Shown here piece by piece: positions 13,023-27,827 of a stretch of 64,000 nt of DNA (its first letter is position 1; each line of letters starts with the position of its first letter). The notes under the pieces were generated by a model. That model saw only the letters and a list, made by a program, of their open reading frames with translations, was not told the DNA's origin and ran no database searches. Both the position numbers and the translations under genes were made by a program. The DNA is taken from assembly GCA_904063045.1 (NCBI GenBank), contig CAJFCJ010000011.1, positions 1,178,001-1,242,000 on the forward strand, written 5' to 3'. The DNA is from Dimorphilus gyrociliatus (taxonomy: Eukaryota; Animalia; Annelida).

Positions 13023-14913
13023 TCAATTGAAAATCCTTCTGAAAAATTTTCGTAGCCTATGTTTTAACTTTCTCGATTCAGTTGTAGTTTGCCAATGTTC
13101 ACGAATGATATTGTTTAAATTATTAAATTCGTCAGCAAAGTTTTCTTTTTGTACAGTCCCTCCAGCCGACTGAAAAATTGTATAATTATCTAATTAATTA
13201 ACGTTATGAAATAATATATTTAATGATTTATCGAATGGAAAATTATGTTAATACTTCTTCAAGTTCAATTCCAAAGAGTACCCTTCTTAAGAATTCGGCA
13301 CAGTGAGAATCTTGAGCACTTCCATTTTTTTGAAAAATCATTCTACAAACTTCCAACTTTTCCAAATTCTTTGTTTGTTTTAATGAAATAAATGAAATTA
13401 TTCATTTTATTAAAAGAATTTTTAATAAAATTTACCGTTCGAAAGAACAGAAAGTATTTTAAAAATACTTTCATTATACAACAATCATATAAATCTGGAT
13501 GAAAGAATGAATCGTAACATATTTTGAAGATAGTACGCTTAATCTTCATATCTCGACAAAAGTGTTCAACTCTTAAGAAATGATTGATAATATCAACAAA
13601 CGTCTCATTGTAATTAGAATAATCGTAGTATATTCTTCCTTTGTTTTCTTTAAGAATATCAACAATTATCTGTATAATATATACATTATATATAATTATT
13701 ATCAAACATAGATTAAACTATATATAAACCTCAAAATATTTAATACATTCCCATTCGTCTAATAGTGAAATTTCTCTTTCGGAAAAGAATCTAAAGTACG
13801 AATAAAGGAATTTCTTAACATCCTCCACTTCAAGATATTCAATCATTAGCTTATATTTATCAACGTAAAGTGTTGAATATTTCTTAAATTAATAAAGAAA
13901 AACAAGTTGACTTAATTATGGAGTATTAATTTTAAGCTTACATTCTCAACTAATAAACTAGTTGAATGACTCGATGCAATATCCTCCAAATCTTGCATAT
14001 ATTGTCTATCGCATTCAACATCCAAATAATTTAGTTTTGGATGTCTCGAGATAAAATTCCTATTAATAGAAATATATAGATTATTAATAATTTTGAATTA
14101 TTAACATATAATTAAAAGAGTATACTCAATCAAGTCCAATTTGGCAAATGTATTTCGGAAATGAGCGTAATACATTAAATTAGGCCAAGTAGCTACTTTA
14201 AAAATCCTTTCAGTATCATAATCGGGAAAGGAAAGAGCAAGAGAAAATCTCAATTCTAAATGTTCAAGAAGTTTTAGTTTTTCAAGACAGATAATCGTAT
14301 GAGGTAAAACTAAATTTTTAGTATTTTTAATACGAAGACGTTTGAGTTTAAGTAAATTTTTCAATGGGAAAAAATTCGTTTCCGGACAAATTAAATCTAA
14401 TTCTTCCAGATTTATCAATTCAATACATAAATTTCCAAGAATTTCAATTTCCGAAAATTTATATTCCAGTTTAAGTGAGATTAAATTTTTGAATTTTGTC
14501 CATTTAATTGGATTAATACGGGGATTAACAGGTAAATTTCGTTTAAGGAATGAAGCTTCTGTTAATCTTAATTTCTTCAGATTTTGTTTATTTATTACAG
14601 AGAATATCTTATTGAATTGATGAAATTCTAAATTCCTTATCTCGCATGATTCTAGATAGGGATTGGTTAAAAACATTAGATCTACATCGTTCCTAATCCG
14701 AAATCCATTGATCTTAACATTCTTAATGTTTAACTTATATCTTAAACAGAAATTAAGATAATAAGGACTTATTCCAGTCTCTTCATTATCCAAATAACAA
14801 AGTAATTGTTCAACAATAGAGGGTGGTAATTTAACAACGCCAGTCCTTCGTTGGAAAAGGCGATCGCGGCTTTCCGCTATCTTTTGAAAGCATAATTCTT
14901 TTAAAGTAAACAT
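13023..14913 (-). CDS. ZYG-11/ZER1-like BC-box LRR protein (paralog a, subtype I)
   Basis: N-terminal TLKELCFQKI (BC box) plus LPPSIVEQLL (Cul2 box), LRRs, WPNL..FISRHPKL; six coding exons traced in frame to KLKHRLRKFFRRIFN*; 5'UTR intron 14919-15012. Confidence 0.82.
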
Positions 14914-15317
14914 TTAGTCTGTAAGAAAACATTTGTCCTATTAATCTACGTTGTTAACAACAATAGATAAAAAGGTAAAATTTAACTAAATTATAATGTA
15001 AATCAAACTTACATCTTTCAAATAATTTTCAAAGTGGATCGCTCCGTATTAGATTCAAACAAATTGAAAAATAAACCTTGATTTATGCCAAGTAAGAACT
15101 GGTAAAAGGGAACAGAGTCTCCACTTAAAGGAAGGTGTTAAGTAATATTAAGAAAAAATAGAACCTACTCAACAGTCTAGTATTAAATCTTGAATTTATG
15201 ACGTAGAACATTGACGTAATATTTAAGCCAAAACTGCTTGTTGATTTTGCTTGTTATTACCGTTAAAAAAGGTTGGATAGGTTTAGAATTAGGTTGTAGA
15301 ATGAGATAGATACTAAT

Positions 15318-17470
15318 ATGTTTGGGAAACTGTGTTTATTCATATTTATTACATTCCTATTCGGTTTGTTTATATTAATAATAGAATTGTCCTATTTTTG
15401 GTTTATCTATCTAAACTAGTTATTAAATTTATATAGATCTGACAGTATCTGATGATCTAAGATTATATATAGATGGACCAAGTGAATTGTCGGAAAGCGA
15501 TAATAGTGTAAAATATTTTGTGTATAGGCTTACCGGAACGGGAAGTTGCACGTAAGCTAATTAATGCATTAAACTTTCTTAATAATATCATTTTATTAAA
15601 TTAGTTATTTCTTATTAGACGAAACGTTTCTTTATCAAATTCTGTAAGCGTCAAAGGGAATTTATTACAAGTGTTTAATTCTTCTCAAGTTGATGTTTCA
15701 TTTACTTTGATTATCACCGATAACGATATTAAGGAGCCCGATGACGAAATAACGTTCTTTCTAGATTGCATTGACGATTCCAATGGTCTACCAATTAAAT
15801 TCGAAAAACGTATTAAGATAAAAGATGACGATAGTAAGTAAACTATTCCTTCTATTGATATTTTCTCTTTATCTTTAAAATGACCTAATTTTAGCTCATC
15901 CATATAAATCTTCATTTCTTATGCAAAATTTCCTGTTAAATGTCTTATACGAAGGAAGATTGGAAGCCTTATATCTATATACTTTGAGAGGAATGGCTAA
16001 TTGCAAGTAAACTTTGAATAAAAATATAAAAGAGACTAAGTTGAAAAAAACACTATTAATATTTATCTCTTCTTGTCTTTTTCGTTTATTCTCTTTCAGT
16101 ATAAAATCATCAAATACATCTCGGTTAGAGGTAATTGGTAACTCGGAAAAGTTTCTTATGGCTAATTTAATATCTTATGTTATGCTTTACGCTGTTGAGA
16201 ATAGTAATATTGAAAATGATCAAACTGAGAGAATTTTCATTGACTGCCTCGATAAAAATACAAATAGACGAAGCTTTTATCAACATGAAATAACAATTAT
16301 TGATAACGATGGTAATGTTTATCATTAATTAATTACAGTAATTAATTAATTAATCAAATTTTAATTTATATCTTTTTTTAGGTGAAAATATTACAAAACC
16401 TATTAAATTTGGTTTACTCAGTTTGGAAGAAGTTAATGAGGATGAAGATATTGCTATTTTTGTCACTCCCCATTCAGGTTCAGGAGATTGTTTGTAAGTT
16501 ATTACGAATTGAATAGTTTGTTGACCTTATGTATTTAATAAATTTCAGAATAAGTTTAAGCGAAAACGAAATAGGAGAACTTACTGGTCCAAAGAATTTC
16601 TTCCTGGATGCTAATAAACGATGTACATTTATTTTTAAGCCGAAGAAGAATTTTAGGATTAAAGGTGATAGAAGAGTTGATATTTGTTTGACATGTACAA
16701 ATAGAATTTCGAAACGTGTTGATTATTCAAAGAAAAATATTTTAATTAGAGAAACTAGCCAAGATGATCCTTTTGACGTTATAAAAGCGACTGGAGATCC
16801 TCATTTTACACAAATTGTATCAGATGAATTAGCCGAATCAAAGAAATACGTTTGCTACGATATAGCCGGTAAAGCTGGCGATATTATAAATATCTTTCAA
16901 AAAACATTTAACGGTGATATATCGGTTTTGGGTGTATTAAAAGATGATTATTATATGCACAAGATATCTATATCATTTCTTAGTAAGAATTTATCAACAA
17001 CTACCGATGAGATCTATTTAAGCGATGGTAGAATTTTGAATTGGGAACAATTGGAATCTTATAAATCGTTTCCTTTCGGTAAACATTTTATAACATTCGC
17101 AAAGAATTATATTAAAATATTAGTTGAAAGTGACGAAGTAAACGATCCTTTCCTGAGTATCATTCTAAAAAGGTCTCATCATCCGATAACTGGCTATTAT
17201 TTAGACGTTATTATTCACGGTATAAATGGAAATTATCATGGAATGGATGGACTTATTGGTAGAATTGGAAATAATAAATTCAAATTTTACGAACCAGTAC
17301 AAAAAACGAATAATATTTGGAATAACGAGTCTAATCCTTCAAAAGTAGCCGTTGAAATTAATGGTTTACTAAAACCTGGAAGAATTGAAAAGAGAGAGGG
17401 ATTCGATTGTTGGCTCTTGAACACAAAAGATTTATTATATCCATATTCATTGAGTAGTTTTATATTCTAA
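15318..17470 (+). CDS. Secreted 3x Calx-beta-like + ITIH heavy-chain C-terminal domain protein (gene A)
   Basis: Signal exon MFGKLCLFIFITFLF; repeats with DNDIKEPDDEITF and IKDDD motifs; GDPHF at 16793-16807 followed by CYDIAG..G.LKDDYYMH..GLIGRIG..CWLL, matching the ITI_HC_C pattern. Confidence 0.82.
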
Positions 17471-17869
17471 ATAATTTTCATAATTCATTTCTTTTCGTAC
17501 TAATGTTAGAAAAAGAAATAAAACAACAACAACTCTAATAATAATAATAATAAATCAATAACTGATTAGTCTTTGCCTCAAGTTCAAATAGTAAATGATT
17601 TAATCGTTCCTAGTGCATTTATTTAAAAAAAAAAACAATTGAAAGTGACACGTGACTAGAAAGAAATATGGCTAGGAGTTAATGTTTTTGTTGAGTACTT
17701 ATCTACCATAAATAATATTTTATCCCTCTACATTTTAGAAAGAGGTTATTGAAGGTGAAAGTACAGTGTCTTATTTTGTAACCAATAGTGATTAGAAGAT
17801 AGGATAAGTCCTTTGAAAAGAAATTTAAATATTTTATATTGATATTTAAAGTCTTTAGGACTCTTTAAC

Positions 17870-20309
17870 ATGCTACTTGGAAAGAATTTACTCTTCGATA
17901 TTATCGTTATTGTTTATTCGTCTATTCGTAAATATCTCTCTCTCTCTCTCTCTCATATAGTTTCTAGGTCAAATAATTAAGTTAAACTACTTTAAACAAT
18001 AGACGTATCTCATGCCTCTTTCCTTCTACGTTTGGAGTCATTTAATCAAATGTACGAAAATGTTAGGGAGGTTATGGTAGCCTCATCAGTACAAGGAAGC
18101 GCTACGTGCAAGTAAGAAACTACCAACAGTTGATTATTATAAATTTAGATTCTGAACTATATATTGCGTTTTAGTATTCACTCGTCTAATCCTCAACGTC
18201 TACAAATTTACATGGGAGCAACAATAGAATTTGTACCTAATAAATCAGTAAATGTCATTTTGGAAGGAGTAGACAATAGCATCCTAGACGGAGAAGAACT
18301 CGTAACAATATTTTTTGTTTGCGTTGATAAAGAAACTGCTGAAAGTAGTACTTATTCTATATCAATGACGATTTTAGATAACGAAAGTAAGCATAAATAA
18401 TCTATGTTTCCTTTACAATATGTCTACTTTTTAAAGTCAATAAACTTCTACCTGGAAAAATCGAAATGGTTGCAACAACTACTGTTGAAGAGGGAAGTCC
18501 ATTCGAAATATCAGTATTTCGTGTACAAGGGGATTCTCAATGCCGGTTAATTAACTTCTTCAATATCAAACTAATGTACCAAATATATTCATTTATTTAT
18601 TTAAAAAAAAGGGCTTTTGTTTCCTCCACTTCCGATTTAACATTGAAAGATAATACGTATTTTTCTATGACGGATCAAGCTTTTAAGAAAACATTAAACT
18701 TTAACGTTATAAGCGATGGAAAAGCGGAAGGAAATGAACTTGTTACAATCACAGTTAGATGCCGTAACGTTCTTGGTGGGACGTATATTGATCACGTTGT
18801 TGGCATTGTCATAAAAGACTCGACAATTATTCCATTTGCCTTGCACATTATAGCTTTTAATTATATAAAGGAAGGTAAGATAGGGCATGTTGAGACTTAT
18901 GCTCAAGGAAGTGGATACTGCTCCGTTACATCTTCATATCCTCAACGATTGGAGATTATACAAGGGAAATCTTTAATATTCGACAATAATCTGATAGAAA
19001 TAGGCGTTTTATTCGAAGCAAAGAAAAATAATCAAGTAGATGAAAATCAAATGGTTTTTCTAAATTTTCACTGTACAGATAGCAATACAAATGAAAAAAC
19101 AAACTCTTACGTATCTTTAACAATTATAGACGCTGACGGTTTGGATTATTTTTATTATCCTTCTTTTTTAGATAAAATCAGTAGAGCTAACAATTAATTG
19201 ACTATAGTAACAGAAGAACTAGAGCCAGGTAGGTTAGAAATTCATACGACTACCGATGTAAGAGAAGGAGAGAGTTTCACGGTTCGAATACGTTGGCAAG
19301 ATTGGGAAAACGTTGGGAAAAAAGTCTTTTGCCAGTAAATCATAAAATACTCTTAATAACTAGATTTTCTTTTTACGATACTTACTTTATTCCTAATAGA
19401 GCTATCATATCCCGTCCATTCCAGCTTGTTTTACGTAATCCGTCTCATTTTGCCATAGGTTACGATGATCCTGAAATATATTTGGATTTCGAGGCATTAA
19501 ATGATAAAATTGTGGAAATAGATGAAACTCTAGACATAAATATACGATGCAGAGAAAGTTCAACTGTTCCATATATCAACCACATATTTTCCCTTATTAT
19601 TAGAGATTCAGATATGCAATCATACGGAGATCCGCACTTTATACAAACTGTTCTAGATGAGACTGAACACGATAAAAAAGCAATTTGTTATGATATGTTT
19701 GGAAAGCCAAATGATATAATCTACCTTTATGGTCAAGTTACAAATTATCAAAAAATATTTATCTACGGCCAGCTTAAAGATGATTATTATATGCACGTTG
19801 TAAAAGTTGTAACAAAGTTTGGTAATATAACGTCAAATGTTCACAATACTATATTACCAAGTGGTAAAACTCTTGGTTGGATTGATAGTGACAAGAAGAT
19901 TGTATCGTTCGTTGACAAATTGATTATAATTCAAAGGAAAAACATTATTGAAATTAGAATACCAAATAATATATTCCGCATAGGATTCTTAACGATTACG
20001 ATTCAAAGATCAAATCATTTAGAATACGCTTTAAATGTATATATTGATAGACAAATGAACGAAAATTATAATAAAATCGACGGAATCCTCGGTAGAGTTG
20101 GTAAGAGTAATTTCAAGTTCAATAAACCTATTCAAAATTCCAAAAATTTAAAATCTAATCAACGAGGATCAATAGAAATAAATGGAAAGTTAACTACTGG
20201 AATAATAATAAAAAGAGAAAAAGTTAATTGTTGGTTATTAAATATAAAAGATGCTATTTATCCTTCACATTTAAAGGAGTTTCTATTCAAGGAGAACAAT
20301 TTTATTTAG
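17870..20309 (+). CDS. Secreted 4x Calx-beta-like + ITIH C-terminal domain protein (gene B)
   Basis: Signal exon MLLGKNLLFDIIVIVYSSI (donor GTAAAT); ORFs 18164, 18466 and 19293 link through short introns; GDPHF at 19626-19640. Confidence 0.78.
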
Positions 20310-23300
20310 AGATTTATTATCCTTTATAGAGTATTTTAATAGATTATTGAAATTATTTAATTAATTTAATTAACAAATTAATTAATTCATTAATAACAAC
20401 TAATGTATTGTTTTTTTTCATTTTCATCAGTTTATAGGCAAATATAATTTCAATTTATTTATTACTTAAGTTCTATTATTTCCATATGAATATCTATGCA
20501 GTATATAAATTAATAGGATGGCCTTCTGTAAGATCTTTTGTAAAATCGTTATAAATTTGCTCATCAACTTCGTGATTTATAAAGCAACTCTTTGTCTTTG
20601 GCCAACTGTACAGGAGAAAACTACTTTGGTGATTCTTAAGATAATTGATTTGGTTTTAACAGTATCAAATAATACATTTACGGCGAAGATGGCAACTAAC
20701 AAATATCGATTTATCTTCATAATTTATTTTAATATACCAATTACAGAAATACTGATTATAATGTTAAGATGGAATCGTGAATCACTTAAGTGTTATTAAT
20801 GTCTTTAAAGTCTTCTTTCTTATTAAACGCAAAAAAGTGACCGTCTTAACTAGTTTTTACTGAGCTCTTAATACGTTTTTTGGTGAGTAGAGAGTTGTTT
20901 GTTCGTTCATTGAACCTAGTAGGATTTCATTTCGGCACGATTATTATAGAATGTTTTTCATGTAGTTCTTACAAGTAAATTGAAAAGAATAAGAATCGAG
21001 CATTTACAATGTAAAACTCTATTGAATGTTATATGAACAGTACACGAATAAAGGATTGCCTGTCCCAATGAAACAGAATAGAATATTGGTCGCATTCTAT
21101 ACTCAAAACATGACAAAATATTTTAAATATAATCTTTTAAGATAGAGTTTGTATTTGATTAAAGAAAATTGATATAAAACAGCCTAAATAAGACGGATTC
21201 CATTAAAAAAGCAAAATAAAAAGTTAATTGTAACTTCTATCTATCTAAAGGTAGAATATTTGGACCAAATTATAAAAGATTGTTAGCTTTCTTCAACCTT
21301 TTAAAGCTGATTTTTTTTCTTTTTTTTTTCGCAACCTTTTTCATTAAATCCTTATTTGCTAATGACATACTTTTTCCATAAGTCAAAAGGATTGTATCTA
21401 CCTGCCATGAAGAGATAGTCCTTATTATTCTTCGAAAAAAATAGCTTGCAGTTATCTATTACCGGAATTTTCTATAATCTTAGGGAATAATCATGGAAAT
21501 CTTTTGTTTTCTTCTTACGCATTTTATATAGAGAGAATAGCTATAGACTTTGATTATATATTTTCCAGTTTTCGATGGCAATTATACACTGTGGCATTTG
21601 TAGATGAATGTAATTCTATCTGCATTAGAAATCTGCAATATTAGTTGTGTATACTAAAAAAAATACTTTTTGTCTTCTTATAATCATTAAATTAAAGAAG
21701 ATTTATTTGGAGAATAGTAATATATTCCCCCTACGTATGACAGAACAATGGAAAAAATATTAATATAACTAGAATATCAAGTAAAAAATTTCTTTTTATA
21801 AGATGTCAAATAATCCTTGTAAGCGTGACTTCTTTAGAGCTCACATGTACGGATGCTTTCCCTCTTCTGACTAAACGCTCATCCTTTCTTTTTTTCCTTT
21901 TTACCAAGAAATAATCAATTATTTCTTTCTTACACGGATTGTCTCAAAAACAAAATATAACATATCAGAAATGACAGCAAATACAGTCAATGAAAAGATA
22001 ACTCCAAGTAAATAATATAAACGAAGATAACTAATAGTAGAGAATATACAATTTTCCTCAATTAAGAAATTAATATATGAAGACATCAAACAACATTAAA
22101 AAGCTCTAAATAACATTGCAGGTGCAATCGCATATTTGGTTAACTTCTTTTATACGATAAAAAGAAATCTTCGGCAAATTTATACGAAAAATTGAAATAG
22201 GATCTTCTCCACTGGATATACTTTTGTAAAAATTTATAAAGTAATGGATTGGCTTTTAACTGGTTTTAAATGGAAAATATTAAAAATATTAGTATTACCT
22301 TGTTTTTTATGTTAAACGTATCAGAACATAAAAAATCAGTTAATGCGATTACTCTTTTATATTTTATTTAAAACTCTAAATTAGACAGATAACGAAAGAT
22401 TTAGATTTGTTTTGTACTCTTTTGAGAAAGTACAATTTTTATATATGCAATACTATGAAATCTGTATTAACTATAGATATTAAATTAAAAGTATTAATGA
22501 TTTATACGTGTTCAGCTGTTTGGAGTAAAGCTTAAAATGAGGAAGGAAAAAAAGAAAGAAAGAAAGAAAGAAAGGAAGAGATAAGTAATTACTTATATAA
22601 TGTTTTATTTTATAGTATTATTTTAAGTCTGTAAGACGCTAATTCTAGAATATCAGTTGTAAAACTCCGAATATGTTCCAGAAAAGGGATACGAAGAGTT
22701 CAACTGTATATTCTAGCAATAGAGTACACAATAAATATTGTACTTATAAAACATCTTTAAAAAAAAAACAGCTTGGCGAGAATTAATTGGATGAAAAGAA
22801 GTCTAAATTATACAACTAAATACGAACTTCCTCTATTTTATAGGATTTCTTGGACATTTTTAATTTTCTTCAGGTCTTGTTTTGGGAAAAGGACCAACAA
22901 GTTAATGCAAATTTTGTTGTGATTGTTTAAATTGAATTGCTTCTATATTTATTGTGCACTTTGGTGACCTTACTTTTAATGAAGCCACAGTTATGGTACA
23001 TTACTTACAAAATTTGTATGGGTTATTTATTATTATGTGTTGGTTGATACAGTAAAATTTCAATAGATGGCGTTGTTTTTTTTATTAATTTTCTATGTAT
23101 TTGTAGTTTAAAAAGTGAGATAGACATATAGAGTGAGAGAGAGAGAGAGAGAGAGACAGAGAGAGAGGAAGAGAAAAAGAAAACTAAATCGAGAGACTGC
23201 GCATGGATGTACGCATGCATTTAAATGAAAGAGAGAGAAGCAGATATAGAAGTAGAGGCAGAGACAAAACAAACGGAGACAACGAAAGAGCGGCTAATAT

Positions 23301-23427
23301 AAAAAATACGATTTAATATAGAGCACAGTCAAAAGTAAGTATTTAATGCAATACATCAGTACGAGACAAAAAGCTCTTCCTTAAATCCTTCAGAGAATAT
23401 TAAGTTATTTCTATTGAAAAAATAATA

Positions 23428-25415
23428 ATGCTTAGTCTAAAAGAGTTGACGATTCAAGCGATCGTGACAGATAAGACCCTTTTTGCACAAACAAGCTGGA
23501 AGGAAGCTAAAAATGTTAGCTTACCTTTTGGGATAGCTGACAAATTAATGAAATGTTTGGACGAAGAAGAATGCGGAATTTCAGAAAGCCATTTGGACTT
23601 TTTCAATAAGAAAGCATCGTTGAAAAATATTTCTATTCATGGTAATCGAATAAAGCATTTATCGAGTCTATATTTTTTAAAAAATCCACATTTGGAGACG
23701 ATTTCTATTGAACAAATGAGATCAATAAAAGTAAATACCTGGATTCGAGAAATTAATGGAGATAAATTGGAAAAGATATCCTTTAAACGTTGTCTATTTA
23801 AGACGAGAGAAAGAAAGTTTTCACTGTCTAATTTAAAAAGTCATATAGTATTGAAACCTTTAAGAAATATTAAAGTATTGGATGTTAGTTCAACCAATTT
23901 TGACAACTATTATTTAAAATTAACTTCAAGAGAACTTCATCTACTTGAAGAATTAAACATTTCAAAGACAAATGTTGATAGTCTGGAATCTATAAAGAAT
24001 CTTACTCAAATAACTTCATTAGATATTTCATATGTAACAAAATCACGTATAATACTTACCTACTCCTTCTTATACGCATTAAAGTCATTAATTTACTTGA
24101 ATGTGTCGCAAAACGATGTAAATAACAATCAATCTGATGTTTGGAGAGAGTTCTTTGACAAAGCCAACTGGCCTCAACTTCTCCATTTTAATACGTCTGG
24201 CCGTTGGAAAATAGATGGCAAACTATTAAAGTTCATTTAGTTTTTTATTCTTGTCTAGCATAATAAACTACTTTGTTATTTTTCTCTATTTTAGAAAGTT
24301 TCTAGGGAGACACTTAAACCTTGAATTTCTTGGTTTGGTTAATACAGAAAATACGGGAATTAATTGGCAAGAGGTTACAACAAATCATCCAAAAGCGACC
24401 TCTATTATAATCGTAAGACGATTACAATCAATTCCGAGATTATATTTTACTATTTCAATATCTTCAGATTCCATTTTTTTCTCACGAAAATCTTAAAAAG
24501 CTCCTTGAGTATGATAAAAGAGTGAAAATTAACATCTTATTTGAATTTATACCATGTTGGCTATCGAAATTGCACGAAATGTCTCATAATGCTAATTCAA
24601 TGGATGATTTTGAAAAGAATCAACTTATAGACGTAAACATTCTTTGCTTAAAAAAACACTATATAAAATGTCATTTTTTTTGGTGTTATTCCTCCTTTTT
24701 AGATCCTTATTTTAATATTAGATGAGGAAAAATACTTATTTCTAAACCTACAAGAAAATATTACCCAAGATTCTATAAAAATATATAATCGTACTTGTGC
24801 TCTAATTCAAAGTCTGGACACAGGAAATTTAAGTCTAAAGATAAGGAGAAAATTGTTTAATATTTGTTTCACAGTCTTTACGCAATCTTTGGATAATGAA
24901 GTACTAAATAGAACTAATAGGCTCATGCTTCGGATGAATTATGAGACAATGAACGAGGTTGATAGAATTTCTTGATAAGCGTTTATTAAATATTTTTAAT
25001 ATTCTAGAATTATAAAAGGTATGAACTCTTAATAAAGACATTTGAGAGATGTAGAAGTATCGAAGATATATCAGATAGTCATTTTCTTCTTAATCAACTC
25101 TTATCAAATATACAAATTGAAAAGGTATTATATTGATTATAAAACATGTTTATAACTAAACTTTTTCAAATTAAATAAAACAAGATATCCGATAAGGAGG
25201 TTATTACGATGGAAGAATACTTTTTAAAGTTCTTGAGTAATATCGACCAATTATGGAAAGAAGTTGGTGATCATGATATTCTTGATGTGAAAAATGATAT
25301 TGAAAAATTATTTAACGGTAATTTTATTGAGGAAATTGACGAAAGAAAATCAAGAAATATAACAAAAGCCTTACTTGAGCTTAAAGATTCTTTCTTTATA
25401 CAATTAAATAAATGA
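23428..25415 (+). CDS. ZYG-11/ZER1-like BC-box LRR protein (paralog b, subtype II)
   Basis: SLKELTIQAI + LPFGIADKL; LRRs LDVSST, LNISKT, LDISYV; six coding exons traced in frame. Confidence 0.83.
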
Positions 25416-25897
25416 TAACTGTATTTGTCAATGTTGTCCATATTATCTTATTCGTTTGCCTCTAATTGAATAAATAATGCTTTAACTAATACTTTAAATG
25501 GGCTTGTTCTCTCTTACATAGTTATTTCAACTACGTTCGTCCGTGGTATCTTCAATAAAAAATCGTTTATTATTCATTTAATGGATTCACGCAAAAAGTT
25601 CTTTTGTTCTACAATTACTTTCACTATATAAATTATTGTTGGTTATGCAGTTAATAATTATCTATGATTACTCTCTCATTTAATAGGATAATTCTTAAAT
25701 AAAGAATAAGTAGGGGGCGCTTTTTCGATTATTACCAGTTTATTTTCGTAAATAAAGTAAATTTTGCGCTCTCGATGAGAAGACTTCTTGTAATGTTTGT
25801 ATAGTTTGTATTGGAAACGTCTAATAAATATTATCAAATATCTCGCTTTACAAGTTGATATCATATAATAGTAAAACAAACATTTGAAACTAATTGG

Positions 25898-27827
25898 ATG
25901 TATACGCTAAAAGAATTATCCTTTCAAGTTATCGTTGAAAATCGTGATGACTTCTTTCATGAAGATAGCATGTTATTAAAAGTACCTCCCGCTATTGTGG
26001 ATGATCTTATATTCTATCTAAATAGGGAAGAAATTGGAATAAATCCATTTTATATAAATTTCTTTATTAAAAATAAGGTAATCTTTAGAAAAGTCAAGAT
26101 AAATGGATATCGTATTAGATACGAATCAGATTTATTATTTTTGAACAATCCTGATTTAGAAACTCTAGATATGGAATGTTTAAGATTTCATCGATTTCAC
26201 AATATCTTATCATTAATTAAGAGTTCAAACTTGAAAGAATTGGTTCTAGTAAATTTTGGAATATTCAATGAAGAATTCCCAATAGACTTGAATGAGATTA
26301 ACATTAATTGGAAAGCATTTAAGAATTTGTTAATACTAAAAATAGATTCTCTTTCCGGATATTCTAATTTGTTATTAATTCTATCTAACGAATTAAAGAA
26401 TTTAGAAGAATTAAGTCTCGGTAATTTCAATGGTAATTTTAATCTTTTGGAAAAGTTTGTCAAACTTAAATCTATTCAAATTAAAGATAGCAATTTCGAT
26501 CAGAATTTTCAAACAATATTCTGTATTCGTAATTTAAAGCTTTTAGAACGTATTATGATTCCGTTTTCTATTGGTAATACATGTCAACAGGATAGCTTTT
26601 TAAATACTGTCACATGGCCAAACTTGAAATACTTTCAGTCTGTCTGTATTCAAACAGATTGCGTTATAGAATTTATATCGTAAGTGTTTGTCTCTGTGTA
26701 AAGACTATGTGATAAGTGATTAGGTGTTCTCTTTTCAAGTCAATTTTCATCAAGACATCCTAAATTAAGATTTTTTGCCTTCAACTGCTTTAGACCAGTT
26801 CCATTAAACCTAGACAACATTATTTCAGCCCTAGCTCCTCAATTAGTAATAAAACAGGTAAATAACTAAATAGTTAATAATTCAATCAACAGAATTATCA
26901 TTAATCTATTGTTTTTTTCCAGGATAATGAGGAATTAAGTACAGAGAAACTTAAAAAGATGCTAAAGAACTTTGATGGAAACGATATAAAATACGCTCTT
27001 CCACCATTGAGAGAAAGAGATCTTTTTTCACTAAATCAATGGGAAAGGTATAAATACGCTGAGGTAAATATATTTCATTAAGGAATAATAGAAAAGTATA
27101 CATTTCAATAAAATTTTCTGAAAGATTATTGTTGACGTTATACATGAAAGAAGTTCAAAACTAAACTTTGCCGATGAAGAATTTCGAAGATATTTTTACA
27201 TAGCTTTGAAACATTTTATAGAACTTTCTAGTATTTATTACAATTTTAGACTTACTGATATGGTCTTTAGAGTTTGTCTAAGCGGTTTTCTACTTGATTC
27301 TAATATTGCTTCTACGAATGAAATTTTACTTGAAACACTTATAAATCATTTTAAATTCTTTAAAACTGTAAGTTAAGTTTATTAAATAGAAATTAAAGCT
27401 AATTTTTCTAGTTTAAAAATATAGCATAGGAAAAAATGGAATGTTTGCCTATCTATATTTCGTAAATACAATCAGATAGATATGATGTATGGTATCCGAT
27501 ATTTAAAACTAGCTATTCAAAGTCTATCATTGGAGGAAGTATGTTTATTTATGGTTTCTTTATTCTATTTCTACTAAAATCGTTTTTAAATAGTTTTCAA
27601 TAGATGAATTAATATTATTCAAAAAGTCCTCCTTCGAATATATTACTTACTTGAACTTTGTTGATCGAGACAACATTCTTAATGCATATAAGCTACCATT
27701 CGAAAGCTTTATTCGTACGGAAATTGAAAAAGAACTTACTCAGAGACAACGTAACGTTAAATCGGAAAGAGAGAAGAAAACTTTAGTTGAAAGGTTAAGA
27801 GCCACATTTAAACAAGTTTTTTCTTAG
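25898..27827 (+). CDS. ZYG-11/ZER1-like BC-box LRR protein (paralog c, subtype I)
   Basis: TLKELSFQVI + VPPAIVDDL; six coding exons traced to LVERLRATFKQVFS*. Confidence 0.82.

Noticed and set aside
20511-20799. Plus ORF 20518..20799 and a minus-strand 47-aa ORF with a signal-like start (ATG at 20720, MKINRYLLVAIFAVNVLF)
   Set aside because: Needs a frameshift to extend, has no usable introns and no family resemblance.
22080-22260. LINE-like peptide ghosts (KIEIGSSPLDIL; NNIAGAIAYLVN)
   Set aside because: Motifs are in the wrong order and too short to support an RT remnant.
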